DNA of 64,000 bases, taken from assembly GCF_009914755.1 (NCBI RefSeq), contig NC_060934.1. One strand, given 5' to 3'. The position numbers and the translations under genes were made by a program. Below are positions 41,501-54,426 of this stretch, one piece after another (positions within the stretch are counted from its first letter, which is position 1; every line of letters begins with the position of its first letter). The notes under the pieces were generated by a model. It saw only the letters and a program-made list of their open reading frames with translations, had not been told where the DNA came from and did not search any database. Origin of the DNA: the human T2T-CHM13v2.0 reference genome, Homo sapiens.

Positions 41501-42357
41501 TTCTGGTACGTTGTGTCTTTGTTCTTATCAGTTTCAAAGAACATCTTTATTTCTGCCTTCATTTCGTTATGTACCCAGTAGTCATTCAGGAGCAGGTTGT
41601 TCAGTTTCCATGTAGTTGTATGGTTTTGATTGAGTATCTTAATCCTGAGTTCTAATTTGATTGCACTATGGTCTGAGAGACAGTTTGTTGTGATTTCTCT
41701 TCTTTTACATTTGCTGAGAAGAGCTTTACTTCCAATTATGTGGTCAATTTTAGAATAAGTGCGATGTGGTACTGAGAAGAATGTATATTCTGTTGATTTG
41801 GGGTGGAGAGTTTTTGTAGATGTCTATTAGGTCCACTAGGTGCAGAGCTGAGTTGAAGTCTTGGATCTCTCTTTAACCTTCTGTTGCATTGATCTGTCTA
41901 ATATTGACAATGTTGTGTTAAAGTCTCCCATTATTATTGTGTGGGAGTCTAAGTCTTTTTGTAGGTCTCTAAGGACTTGCTTTATGAATCTGGGTGCTCC
42001 TGTATTGGGTACATATATATTTAGGTTAGTTAGCTCTTCTTGTTGAATTGATCCCTTTACCATTATGTAATGGGCTTCTTTGTCTCTTTTGATCTTTGTT
42101 GGTTTAAAGTCTGTTTTATAAGAGATTTGGATTGCAACCCCTGCTTTTTTTTGCTTCCCATTTGCTTGGTAGATCTTCCTCTATCCCTTTATTTTGAGCC
42201 TATGTGTGTCTCTGCATGTGAGATGGGTCTCCTGAATAGAGCACGTTGATGGGTCTTGACTCTTTATCCAATTTGCCAGTCTGTGTCTTTTAATTGGGGC
42301 ATTTAGCCCATTTACATTTAAGGTTAATATTGTTATGTGTGAATTTGATCCTGTCAT
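38538..42357 (-). pseudogene. Disrupted L1 ORF2p (endonuclease / reverse transcriptase)
   Basis: ATG ACA GGA TCA at 42357; ORF fragments contain NIYVPNTGAP/GDFNT (EN), [24 protein letters not shown] (RT) and the Cys-rich C-terminus; many frameshifts and stops. Confidence 0.95.
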
Positions 42358-42420
42358 TATGATGTTAGCTGCTTATTTTGCCCATTAATTGATGCAGTTT
42401 CTTCAAAGCATTGATGGTCT

Positions 42421-43445
42421 TTACCATTTGGCCTGTTTTTGCAGTGGCTGGTACAGGTTGTTCGTTTTCATGTTTAGTGCTTCCTTCAGGAGCTCTTGTA
42501 AGGCAGGCCTGTTGGTGACAAAATCGCTCAGCGTTTGCTTGTCTGTAAAGGATTTTATTTCTCCTTCACTTATGAAGCTTAGTGTGGCTGGATATGAAAT
42601 TCTGGGTTGAAAATTCTTTTCTTTAAGAACGTTGAATATGGGCCCCCACTCTCTTCTGGCTTGTAGGGTTTCTGCCAAGAGATCCACTGTTAGTCTGATG
42701 GGCTTCCCTTAGTGGGTAACCTGACCTTTCTCTCTGGCTGCCCTTAACATGTTTTCCTTCATTTCAACCTTGGTGAATCTGACAATTATGTGTCTTGGGG
42801 TTGCTCTTCTCGAGGAGTATCTTTGTGCTGTTCTCTGTATTTCCTGAAGTTGAATGTTGGCCTGCCTTGCTAGGTTGGGGAAGTTTTCCTGGATAATATC
42901 CTGAAGAGTGTTTTCCAACTTGGTTCCATTCTCCCCGTCACTTTCAGGTACACCAATCAAACGTAGATTTGGTCTTTTCACATAGTCCCATATTTCTTGG
43001 AGACTTTGTTCATTTCTTTTTACTCTTTTTTCTCTAACATTGTCTTCTCACTTTATTTTATTAATTTGATCTTCAGTCACCGATATCCTTTCTTCCACTT
43101 GATCAAATCGGCTATTGAAGATTGTGCATGTGTCACGAAGTTCTCGTGCCATGGTTTTCAGCTCCGTCAGGTCATTTAAGGTCTTCTCTACACTGTTTAT
43201 TATAGTTAGCCATTCGTCTAACCTTTTTTCAAGGTTTTTAGCTTCCTTGTGATGGGTAGAACATGCTCCTTTAGCTCAGAGAAGTTTGTTATTACTGACC
43301 TTCTGAAGCCTACTTCTGTCAACTCATCAAAGTCATTCTCCGTCCAACTTTGTTCTGTTGCTAGCAAGGAGCTGTGATCCTTTGGAGGAGAAGAGACACT
43401 CTGGTTTTTAGAATTTTCAGCTTTTCTGCTCTGGTTTCTCCCCAT
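42421..43445 (-). pseudogene. Disrupted L1 ORF1p (RNA-binding chaperone)
   Basis: Fragments MGRNQSRKAENSK..., KRPNLRLIGVPE...IIQENFPNLARQ and ETLQARREWGPIF...RPALQELLKEAL. Confidence 0.95.
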
Positions 43446-44577
43446 CTTTGTGGTTTTATCTACCTTTGGTGTTTGATGTTGGTGACCTACAGTTGGGGTT
43501 GTGGTGTGGATGTCCTTTTTGTTGATGTTGATGCTATTCCTTTCTATTTGTTAGTTTTCCTTCTAACAGTCAGGTCCCTCAGCTGCAGGTCTGCTGGAGT
43601 TTGCTGGAGTTCCACTCCAGGCCCTGTTTGCCTGGGTATCACCAGCGGAGGCTGCAGAACACTAAATATTGCTGCCTGATCCTTCCTCTGGAAGCTTCAT
43701 CCCAGAGGAGCACCCACCTGTATGAGGTGTCTGTTGGCCCTTAATGGGAGGTGTCTCCCAGTTAGGCTACACAGGGGTCAGGGACCCACTTGGGGAGGCA
43801 GTCTCTCCGTTCTCAGAGCTCAAATGCCTTTCTGGGAGAAAAACTGCTCTTTTCAGAGCTGTCAGATAGGGACGTTTAAGTCTGCAGAAGTTTCTGCTGC
43901 CTTTCATTCAGCTATGCCCTGCCCATAGAGGTGGAGTCTATAGAGGCAGCAGGCTTTGCTGAGCTGTGGTGGGCTCTGCCTAGTTTGAGCTTCCCAGCCA
44001 CTTTGTTTACCTACTCAAGCCTCAGCAATGAAAGATGCCCCTCCCGCCGCCCGGCTGTAGCCTTGCAGGTCCATCTCAGACTGCTGTGCTAGCAGTGAGC
44101 AAGGCTCTGTGGGTGTGGTACCCACCGAGCCAGGCATGGGAGAGAATCTCCTGGTCTGCCGGTTGCTAAGACCATTGAAAAAGTACAGTATTTGGGCATG
44201 AGTGTCCTGTTTTTCCAGGTACAGTCTGTCATGGTATCCCTTGGCTAGGAAAGGGAAATCCCCTAACCCCTTGTGCTTCCTGGGTGAGGCGACACCCTGC
44301 CCTGCTTTGGCTTGCTCTCCATGGGCTGCACCCACTGTCCAACCAGTCCCAATGACATGAACCAGGTATGTCAGTTGGAAATGTGGAAATCACCTGTCTT
44401 CAGCATCGATCATGCTGGGAGCTGCACATGGGAGCTGTTCCTATTCGTCCATCTCTGCTCAATGCCACTTTTACAGCTCTTTGGCTGGCACCACCAGTGG
44501 GTGGTCCCTGAGGCCTCACCCTAGCCAGTGGAGCTAGCCATCCCTACCCCCCACTCTCCATGGAAGTTGAACACGAT

Positions 44578-45960
44578 GCCATCCCTGTGAGTGTGAAGTG
44601 GTGTCTCATTGTGGTTTTAATTTGCATTTCCTAAATGACCAATGATTTGGAGCATCGTTTAATGTACTTATTCCCGTGTATTTTGGTGAACTGTCTATTC
44701 AAATCTCTTGCCAATTAAAAAAAAATTTTGTCTTATACAGTAATTTAGTTGTAAGAGTTCTGTAAATTACAGATATAAGTTCCTTATTGAATATATGGTT
44801 TGAAAAGTTTTCTCTGAGATTGAATCCTGCTATTTTGTCTTTTCACTTTCTTAATTGTATCTTTTGAAGTGCAGAAGTTTTTGATTTTGATGAAGTCCAA
44901 TTTATCATTTTTTTAACTTTTATTATATGTGCTTTTGATATATCTAAAAAAAACTTTGCCTGACCCAAGATCACAAAGATTTACTCCTCTGTTTTCTTCT
45001 AAGAGCTTTATAGTTTTATAAGTCTGTGATTCATCTGTTCCGAACTAATTCTTGCATATGGTGTGTGATGGTCTAAGTTATCATTTTGCATGTGGTTATA
45101 CAATAGTTTCAGCACCATTTCTTATAAAAACTGTTTTATCCCCCAGTGAATTATCATAAAACCTTTATTAAAATTATCAGTTGACTATAAATTTAAGGCT
45201 TATTCCAGGATTTGCAATTCTATTCCACTTATATAAGTGCCTATCTTCATGCCAGTATCAAATTGTCTTGGTTACTATAACTTGTAGTATATTTTGAAAT
45301 AGAGAAGTGTGAGTTCTTAACTTCCTTTTTTGTCTCATTGCACTAGCCAGTATTGGTGAGAGGAGACATCCTTTTCTGTTGCTGATCTTAGGGGAAAAAT
45401 ATCTAAGTTCTCACCATGAGGATTTGCATTAAATCTGTAGATGAAGTTGGGGAATGTTTCCATCTTGACAATATGGAGTCTTCCAATCTATAAACATAGA
45501 ATTTCTCTCCATTTATTTATATCTTTTATCTTTCTTTCACTACTGTTGTGTAGTTTTCAATGTACAAGTCTTACACTTCTTTTGTTAAATTTATCTCTCT
45601 TTTATTCTTTTTGATGCTATTGTGAATAGAATTGTCTTATTATCTTTCAATTTTTTATTGTTGATATACAGAAATACAACTGAGTTTTGAATTAGGCTAT
45701 TCGTGAATGAAGACAGTTTTAGTTCTTTTCCAATCTAGATGTCTTTTATTTACTTTTCTTGCCTAATTGCCAGGTTGAAATTCCAGTACAGTGTTGAATA
45801 GAGGTAATGAAGGGAGATATTCTTGACATTTTCCAAATTTGAGGGGGAAAGCATACAGTCTTTTGTGATTAAGCGAAGGTTTCTCATAATTGCCTTATAT
45901 ATGGTTGAGGAAGTTCCCTCCTATTATTAGTTTGTTGAGGGTTTGTTTTTTATCTTGAAT
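44578..45960 (-). mobile_element. Old L1M (L1MB-like) ORF2 fragments
   Basis: gtgaagtggtgtctcattgtggttttaatttgcatttc; ttttgatgaagtccaattt; cttcatgccagta. Confidence 0.75.
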
Positions 45961-45989
45961 GGATGCAATTTCTTTGGCTTTTGTGGATG

Positions 45990-46195
45990 GACATGAGCCA
46001 TTTTACCACCAAAAGATGAGAAAGGCAGAAGCTAGAGGACTGAGAGGAAAATGTTGAAGAGTCTGGATCAAGTCAGCCCTGAGGCTCACCCTACTTCTCA
46101 ACATCTTCATGTGTGAGCCAGCAGATGTTTTTACTGCTGGAGGCTTTTTGAGTTTGGCTTCCTGTTAAGATCAACAGAAAACCCTTTTACCGATA
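45990..46195 (+). mobile_element. MLT1-type LTR fragment
   Basis: ctggatcaag..cctgaggc...catgtgtgagcca...tttgagttt...aacagaaa. Confidence 0.45.
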
Positions 46196-46660
46196 AACCT
46201 TCTCCAAGTAGTCTTCCCAACCCACCCAAACGGATGTGCTGTGTCCTAACTTTCCATGGCTCTTTGTAGCTCAGTTATTGCACATTTTTGTCTACTCCCT
46301 TTGATGCTTTGTTTGTGTCTTGTTTCCCCTGCCAGCTCCTTAGAACAGGGTCATTGCTGCATCCATGTCTGCCTCCCTTACAGTGCTTAGCCCTGTGCTT
46401 GCAAAAAGTTGATGTTAAAGTTTTTTATAAACTAATGCAAAAATACTTGAGTAATTACTACTGAAACTGGATTAGATGCTTTAATTTTTTCTTTAGGAGT
46501 CTCTCTAAATGTGAGTAGAATTGTCTTATTAATTTTATTTTTCTATTTTTTACTATTGGTATACATAAATACAATTGATTTTTGTATTAGCTTTGTAGTT
46601 TTTGTAGCTTTTTACATGGATTTCTTAGGATTTTCTATCTACAAATTATGTTATCTGTGA

Positions 46661-47040
<380 letters not shown>

Positions 47041-48263
47041 TAGTCTTGGAACCATTTGCTCAATCCATAGAGTACCCACTGATTGGAGTGAGGGGGAAGG
47101 ACCCAGAGGTTTTCTTTCTTGGGAAGACCTCTTTCTCTCATCCTCCAGCTCTGTGCTCTGTGGAACAGGATTGCAATCACTAACCCTGTTTTACAGATGA
47201 GGCCTATGAGACATCTGGTCTTGTCTTGTTTCACACAGCTAGTTGGACCAGGGCTGGGACAAGAACTCACATGTGTCTGGAAATGAACACACATTGTTGT
47301 AACTCCAGTCACAAACCTGTGCCACCTCTAGTGTGATTCTTGTCCTGGAATAGCACCTACTAGTAAGAGTCATGAGAGTCTTAGAGACAATATTATATAA
47401 TTCTTTAGTTTCACAGTTAAGCACATTGAAACCAAGGAGAGTAAAGTGGGTTTTTTTTGGGGAGTCATACTCATGGGGTGATGTGGGGGTCTTAGTCTTT
47501 GTCAGGGTAGCCAATAATCACTGCTTAGGGAAGTCAGTTTCTTCCTAAAAGTAATGAAGAACTTGGGACAGGGCATTTTCTTTTTATACACATAAGGGAA
47601 CCATTTACCTGTGTCTCTTAGATATCTCAGAGATTTCTGGAAAGCAGGAGCTTATATCCAGGGGCTGCATCCTGTTGAAAACATCATCACTGCTTAGCCT
47701 TTGGAATGGGATTGTCTTTCTGGACTCCACGTTTCAGTAACCTGAAAAAAATTTAATGAAACTCCAAATATCAAGCAGAAATGCATTTCCTTCTGACCTA
47801 AAAGATTTGGGGGAGAGGATTTGTCACTATTAGTAGCAATAGTGATTCTACTGTGAATCAAGCCATTTCTCCTAATTGAGGTGATGCTCCCTAGAGTTTC
47901 ACTGTCTTTCCTGAGAGTTTCCAGCATTGGGCCTTCAGGGAGAGTTTGGGGTGCATTCAGTCTGAAAGGAGCAGCTGACTCTGGCCCTGGAGGTTAAATG
48001 GGAATGGAAAACAACTGGTGAAGGGGAAGGAACCCAAAGGGAGTGGAGGTAAGAGATTTTCCTAGCATCTTACACATAGTAGTTGCTCGAAACAATGCTT
48101 TTGAAAGGATGCATGAGTGAGAGTGTCCAACAAGGCTGCAACCTCCTCTAGGAGGTGACCTATGTTCTCCTTTTGCCTAGTCCTTTATTACACCAAGATG
48201 CATAGAATATTCATGTTAGAGTTTCAAAGGTCCCTTGAATTTTGAACTGAATTGAATGATAAC

Positions 48264-48784
48264 TGTTTCAGTTTTCCATTGCTGCATCACTCAGCCCTCC
48301 AAAACTTAGTGTCTTAAAACAACTGTTTCATTATTCTCTTGTTTTCTCTGGTTTGGTTGAGTTCAGCCAGGCGGTTCTTCTGCTGGTCTCACTTGGAGTC
48401 TCTCATGCAGATGTACTCAGATCATAGCTGGAAATGGGATTTCTGGAGGCTCGACTGGGACACTGGCATGGCTGGAGCCCCCTTGCTCTTCATGTAAGTC
48501 TAAGCCTCTTCTTTCCATGTGGCTTCTCATGTAGTTTCTTTTGTAGTCTCTGTACAGAGCAGCTGGACATCTCTGTATGGTGGCTCAGGGCTCCAGGAAG
48601 GATTTCCAGAGGACTCTACTGTGCAAGCACTTATGAAATTTCTGCTTGTACTCTTCTTGCTAATGTCCCATTGGTCAAAGCAACTCATGTGACCAAGCCC
48701 ATAGTCCTTGTGGGAAAAGACTACAAAATGACAGGAATGCCAGGAGTCAAGATAACTGGGAGTGTCCAGTGGAACAGTCTACCA
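48264..48784 (-). mobile_element. MLT1G/H-type MaLR LTR
   Basis: attgctgcat..ccaaaacttagtg.cttaaaacaac; gctaatgtcccattgg.caaagcaa.tcatgtg.ccaagccc. Confidence 0.7.
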
Positions 48785-50589
48785 GGCACAGTGGAGGCAG
48801 AGGAGGCTTTCCAGGTAGCAGGGTGAGGCAGTGCCACACGGTTGTCCTGTGTGACTCTAGTTTAGGGTGAATAGACTTGGAGACTGGTGAAAGACAAGGC
48901 TGGAATGGTGATTGCAACCAGACTGAGAGGTCTTTCAATGCCATGGGAGGAGTCTGGACATTATCTTATAGACTGATGACAGGAAACCAGCAGAGGTCTC
49001 CAGGCTGGGCCATGTAGCCCAGGATGTGTGGTTTAGGTGAGCTCAGGTGGACATGGTGGAGGATTTCTGGGAACCAGTGAGATGAGCTGGTAATGATGGC
49101 AGTGTTCAAGGAGAGGAATGATATGTGCTGAGGCAGTGATGAGGAATGGGGAGGAGCTGATGGTTCAAACACAATTTTGGCGAAACAGCCCAAGGGATTT
49201 GGAACTGATGGGCTGGAGGGCAGAGAAGTAACCACCTACAGAAAGAGTATGTTTCTATGGCACTGAGGTTTGGACACCAATGAGCTCAGGTTCTTTATTA
49301 TTAGACACAAATACATTTTAGGGAGAAGTCATGGGTATGATGTAACACTGGTCATGACAATGAGAAAAGCATTTTTAGGTACTTAAAATATGAAAGGTTG
49401 GTGGAGAAAATTTAATAAGAATTCTAAAACTTGCCTGGGAGTTTGAGGAGAAAAAATGGATTAAATTTTTAGTAGCAACCTAGCATGCCCAGCATAATAA
49501 ATATTAGGTCCCTGGGGACCATCAGGTGTCACTGCAATGATGGAGACCAGCCTCATTCTTACGTCTCCTTGGTAGGGAAGCCACAGAAACCAGAAACACA
49601 ATACTTGAGATATACAAGTACGTGGCCAGCCAGAGAGAGTCCCTGGGCCTGGAGGCCAGATGGCAGCCAGGAATTGCAGGGCTCTCCCTGGGGCTGCAGG
49701 AGAGGACAGGGCCAGTGTGGGTCTAAAGGGAAATTGAGAGCTTTTCTCTTGGCTCCTTATGGCTTATTGATGAGGCTAGAGGGAGTTTCTGATTTCGGAC
49801 CCCGTGCCCTAGGAAGCCTCTGATTTCACCCTTTGTTTTCCTGCCTCCTGAAGACAGTGGGATTGCCTGGATCTGCAGGGGTCAGGTGTCAGGGGTTCTA
49901 ATTCCTTTCATTCTTTGAGTTGCTTGGAAGGGCCTTGGGAAAGTGACGGCAGGCCTGCCTGTCACTCCTGATGGCCAAGTGGGATCAACACATTCGTTAT
50001 AAGTTTGTGTTATTGTTCACAAAGCTATCGCTTATTTCAAACAGCAGCCTCAAGGTCCTGGAGAAGTTCATGGGTGTGTGAAGTAACTCAGGTCTTCTTG
50101 TGCACAGTGAAGCTTGGTTTATGGGCTGGGAAAGGGAACATTGAGATGGGAAGGCATGTCCAACAACCATTCCATTGATCTGAGGGTTGACCTAGAAAAA
50201 GGCCCAACAGAGCCCTTTACTGTTCCTGGCATATAATACCAACATGTATGTTGAAAGAATAGCCGTGGAGGGAGGGCAGTGAAGCAGCGAAGTTCCCTGC
50301 TGTGCTGCCATGGGGAATGATGCGTATCCCACACTTGGGTAGGGGCTGTCAAGGGATGACCCGGTGCCTTCTTGCCCAGTGAACAGCAGACTCGGCACGG
50401 TCCTAATCCAAACTGATTTGTTAGAAATACCAACTTCTCATTTGATCACTTGAGTTTCCAAGACTAAGTTACTGCAAATGCTATGATTTTGGTAACATTT
50501 TCTGTGCCTTGAAAACTTTCTTTGGTGATTCTAAAAATTACTGTTAAGCCTGAATAATTTTAGGTAACATTAAATAATTTTGACTTCAA

Positions 50590-50810
50590 TGGCTAACAGT
50601 TATGGAGCACTCAGTAAGTGTCAGGTATTGTGCTAAGGACCTACGTGCATGAGCCCATTGATTTGTCCTACAACCCCACCAGGTATTTGATGTTATTACC
50701 CCCATTTTACAGATGAGGAAAATGAGACACAGAGAGGTTGAGTAATAGCCCTGGTAGCACAGTGGGCAAGGTGCTAGCATGGAACCAGGAAATCTGAATA
50801 CAAAGCTCAG
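50590..50810 (-). mobile_element. MIR
   Basis: cccattttacagatgaggaaaatgagacacagagaggttgagtaa is the MIR core. Confidence 0.8.
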
Positions 50811-53369
50811 GGCATCTTCAGAGGTCTGTGTCTCCCAATCCCTTCCTCCCTTCAGCCAAAATCATGGTTGGTTTGGATTCTGGTATAAGAAATTAAAGTG
50901 GCAAAGTAGTGTCCTTCAAGAAAGCAAATGACAATGTGTCCACCTGGAACCACCTGCAAGGGCAACAGTGGGGGCATGGAGGTGTCTATGCCTACGTTAG
51001 ACAGCAGAGCTCAGTGTCATAGAGGAGTTGAGTAGAGGGAGGAGGAGGAGAGTGCCACACAGAGAGGACGAAGGAATGGAAAACACATGCGCATACACAC
51101 ATGCACACACGTATGTGCCTGCACTCACATGCAGGCACCCTCATGTGCACACCCAGCTGTGCCTGTGCATGCAGCAGAGGAAGGGGAGATGGGGAGTGAA
51201 GGAGGAACTGAGTGAAGAACAGCAGACCAACAGGCACCTGGGTGACTCCAGCAGAGCACAGGGCTCCACATGGAAGGTGGGTTCAACAAGATCAGCTGGG
51301 ATCTTTGGGGGGAATGGCTTGGGTAGGAGGCATCATTTTTCTTTTTATATATAGGCTTTATTTTTTAGAGTAGTTTTAGGTTCATAGCAAGCTTGAGCAC
51401 AAAGTCCAGAGTATGCCCATATTTCCCCTACCCCCAAGAGAAGCACTTTTTTTGCTATAAATTTTAAGCTGAACTCTATGGTGCAATTTCTAATGTAAAT
51501 GCTTGTAGTCAACACCCACTGAAAATGGGAAATGCTGGATAAGTTGTGTTCTCTGTGACATATTTTACAATCTAAGACATAGGATGGACTCCAATTCCCA
51601 TTGAATCTGGCATTCTTTTCATCCTTATAGGATGTCCCTGGAAGATTGTGTATGTCCATGGGCTGAGGAGGGCGAGGTTGTCTCAGGTCAGTTGCATCCA
51701 CTCTGGACACCTAGTCCAGCTGGCTGAGCTGTGATGGCTGGAATTGGCTTTGAGCCTCATCAGCTGATGGGGTGGACAGGCTGGAATCAAGTATAGGAAA
51801 AATGTTCCCACACACTCTAAACACACATTTACCTCTGCTTTGGGATTCCAGCTGATTTCACAACAAACACCACTGATTTCAGAGCCCTGGTATTGCAGCC
51901 ACTGGTCACGTCCAGCCATTCTGAAAAGTTGCTCAGCCCCTCTTTTTGCTGACTTGGGTTCACCTGGATTTTCAATTCTGGGGAAAAGTTTTGTGACATC
52001 TACTTCCACCTTGGCCCTCTGTCTCCCCACAGCCCTACCCAGTCACCCATTGCAGGCTCAGTTGGTTTACCCTGATCCTAGTCAAATCCCTCCACTCCCA
52101 GATCCAGCTTCTGGAACTGAAGGGGAAGTGCGTGTCGGCCAGAGGGAGGCTGCACAGCTAGACGTCTACAGGGCCATTGCGATGAGTGCAGCCAGCACCA
52201 GCTGGATTCAGGCTCTGTGTCCAGCACCCTGCTAAGGTGGCATTTGTGTACTCTCAGCAGAGCCATGGTTACCCTCATTTTACAGATGCTGAAGGAAGAT
52301 GGGAGAGACAGGCTGCTTCCCCAAGGCCACGCAATGGGTATGTGCCAAGTGGGGATGGAACGTAGGTCTTTCTGCCCCCAGCCCAGGGTCTCCTGTCCAT
52401 TTACCAGCCTCTAGAGCTTCAGATGGGGCCCAGCAGGGTGGAAGCCCCTGGGATGGGCTATTCCTACAGAGCAGGGAGGGCTTCCTGAGGAAATGCAGAG
52501 CCCTCTTGGAGAAAGGGGAGGGTCCTGGTCTCCTCACAGAATCTGCTTGGTGCTCCAAAGAGTGTTCCTGACTGGCAGGGCAGGTGGAGCGCACAGAGCC
52601 ATGCACTCACTTTCCACCTGGGCTCCTACTGGGAGAGAGACGAGTCCGCTTCCCAGGCTGATGTGGAAGGAGGCAGGGCTTGTGGCAAGTTCTGTCCCTA
52701 CTGGTCCTCCAATTCTCAGCCGTGTGTAGCAGATTTGAGCAGGTGGCTGAGGCCTTTCTAGCTGGAAGGTCCTTAGATTTTAGGAATATGCCTAGCAACA
52801 TCAATTCTCCACACTTTTACCTTTTAATGATAGAAGAAATACGTGTTCATCATAAACATTGGAAAATTTAGATTACACAAAAAAGATAAAGAATTAAAAT
52901 CAACCAAAATCTTATGTGACCCCATAACTGTTTTATCCCATATGTTATATTATGTTATCCCACTATATACTGTATTCTATAATCTGCTTTGTCACATAAC
53001 AGCATACTTTGCACATCTTTTAGCACTGACATTTTAAACTGACACAGGTCATTTAGGAAGATCAGAAGTGAGGGGAAATTGATCAGATACATGCAAATTG
53101 ATTTAATTAAATTAGTTGAAAGGCAGTTTGACTGTTAGACTCTGGAATAGGAGGGATGATGAGACGTTTCCCTCCTTCACAGAGTTAAGAGAGATGAAAG
53201 ACACAAACAAATTACATGGCTCCACACCCAGCCATCAATAATCTGCTGTGGCTATAAACCAGTTTGGGTGAGGCGACCTGGGAGAGGTGGCATTCATGGA
53301 GTGGAGGAACTTTTCTTGCCTTAGGTGATAATCATTTGCATATCTATTGTGGGTGACAACCAGGCAAAG

Positions 53370-53612
53370 GAGTCCAGAGCTTGGGCCTTGGAATTGATGC
53401 AACTGGGTACCAGGTTATGCTGTTACTTTTGGCTTGGGCAAACCAACAAACTCTCTAAGCCCTGGGCTCTTTCTCTACCAAATGTGGATACTTGTACCTA
53501 CATGACTGGGCTGTTGAGAAATTTAAAGAAAATCAGGCATGCCAGGCAACCGAACACAGCGTCTGACACATTTTAAATGCTCAATAAATGGTAGCTAGGT
53601 ATTATTATTATT
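53370..53612 (+). mobile_element. MIR
   Basis: cttgggcaaaccaacaaactctctaagcc ... tgctcaataaatggtagct..tattatt. Confidence 0.6.
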
Positions 53613-53877
53613 ATTTGAATTTGGTAAAATGGCTGTTTATACCTACATCTGTTGCAAAATGGACAGAAAACGTGAGCTTTTAAAAAATTAGGAGTAAAAA
53701 ATTATTAAGTAATTCTATCTTCCAGAATATGTTTCTAATAAGTCGAAGTAACTTTAAGAGATTCTGGGGAGATGCAAAGGGAAACATATACGTGGTGTCC
53801 ACTAGTTGGTTGGAAAGTCTGTTGCGATTGACTTATAGGCAATGGCCTATACCTATACTGATATCAGGATTATCTAG

Positions 53878-53960
53878 TATTACTCTGAAATAATACTGCA
53901 CTGATATTATTCCAAAAAAATACTGTATCCTGATATTACTCTGAAATAATATTGCACTTA
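53878..53960. repeat. 27-29-bp degenerate tandem repeat, three copies
   Basis: tattactctgaaataatactgcactga / tattattccaaaaaaatactgtatcctga / tattactctgaaataatattgcactta. Confidence 0.75.
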
Positions 53961-53990
53961 ATAGAGTATCCCATTTGAAAATCTTTTTTA

Positions 53991-54042
53991 GATAATTTTA
54001 ACACACTATTATTATTATTTTATTATACTTTAAGTTCTAGGG
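53991..54042 (-). mobile_element. Extremely 5'-truncated L1PA insertion (about 50 bp)
   Basis: ttattatactttaagttctaggg is the L1PA 3' terminus; TSD tgaaaatctt(t/a)ttta at 53976-53990 and 54043-54057. Confidence 0.8.
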
Positions 54043-54361
54043 TGAAAATCTTATTTAACTTACATGCATCACTATGCTGAGTTCCAGACTCAACAGATCA
54101 TCTGTTTTCTCAGTACCTCTGTGGAAGGAACAGCATTTAGAGTTACTCTATTTTGAAGGAGGACAGATATTATTGAAGACTCTGTTGAAAAGAAACTCTC
54201 CTTTATGTTTGGAATTAGGCGTATCATTTCTGATAAATATAAAAAAATTAGAATATAGCATGTGCATACATATGGAACAGACGAAGCCTTCTGGTTTCCA
54301 ATTCCTAATCTGAATTTTCTTAGTGGCTGTCCAAATAAAATGCTCTTTTAAAACATGTATG

Positions 54362-54365
<4 letters not shown>

Positions 54366-54424
<59 letters not shown>

Positions 54425-54426
54425 TC
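54366..54426. repeat. (TC)n microsatellite
   Basis: About 30 TC units with one TA interruption. Confidence 0.95.

Larger units (their letters stand above)
38289..44453 (-). mobile_element. Near full-length LINE-1 (L1PA6/7-like), inactive
   Basis: 5'UTR, ORF1, ORF2, 3'UTR and A-tail are all present; 19-bp TSD TCTGCTCAATGCCACTTTT at 38270-38288 and 44454-44472 with an L1 endonuclease TTTT/A site. Confidence 0.97.
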
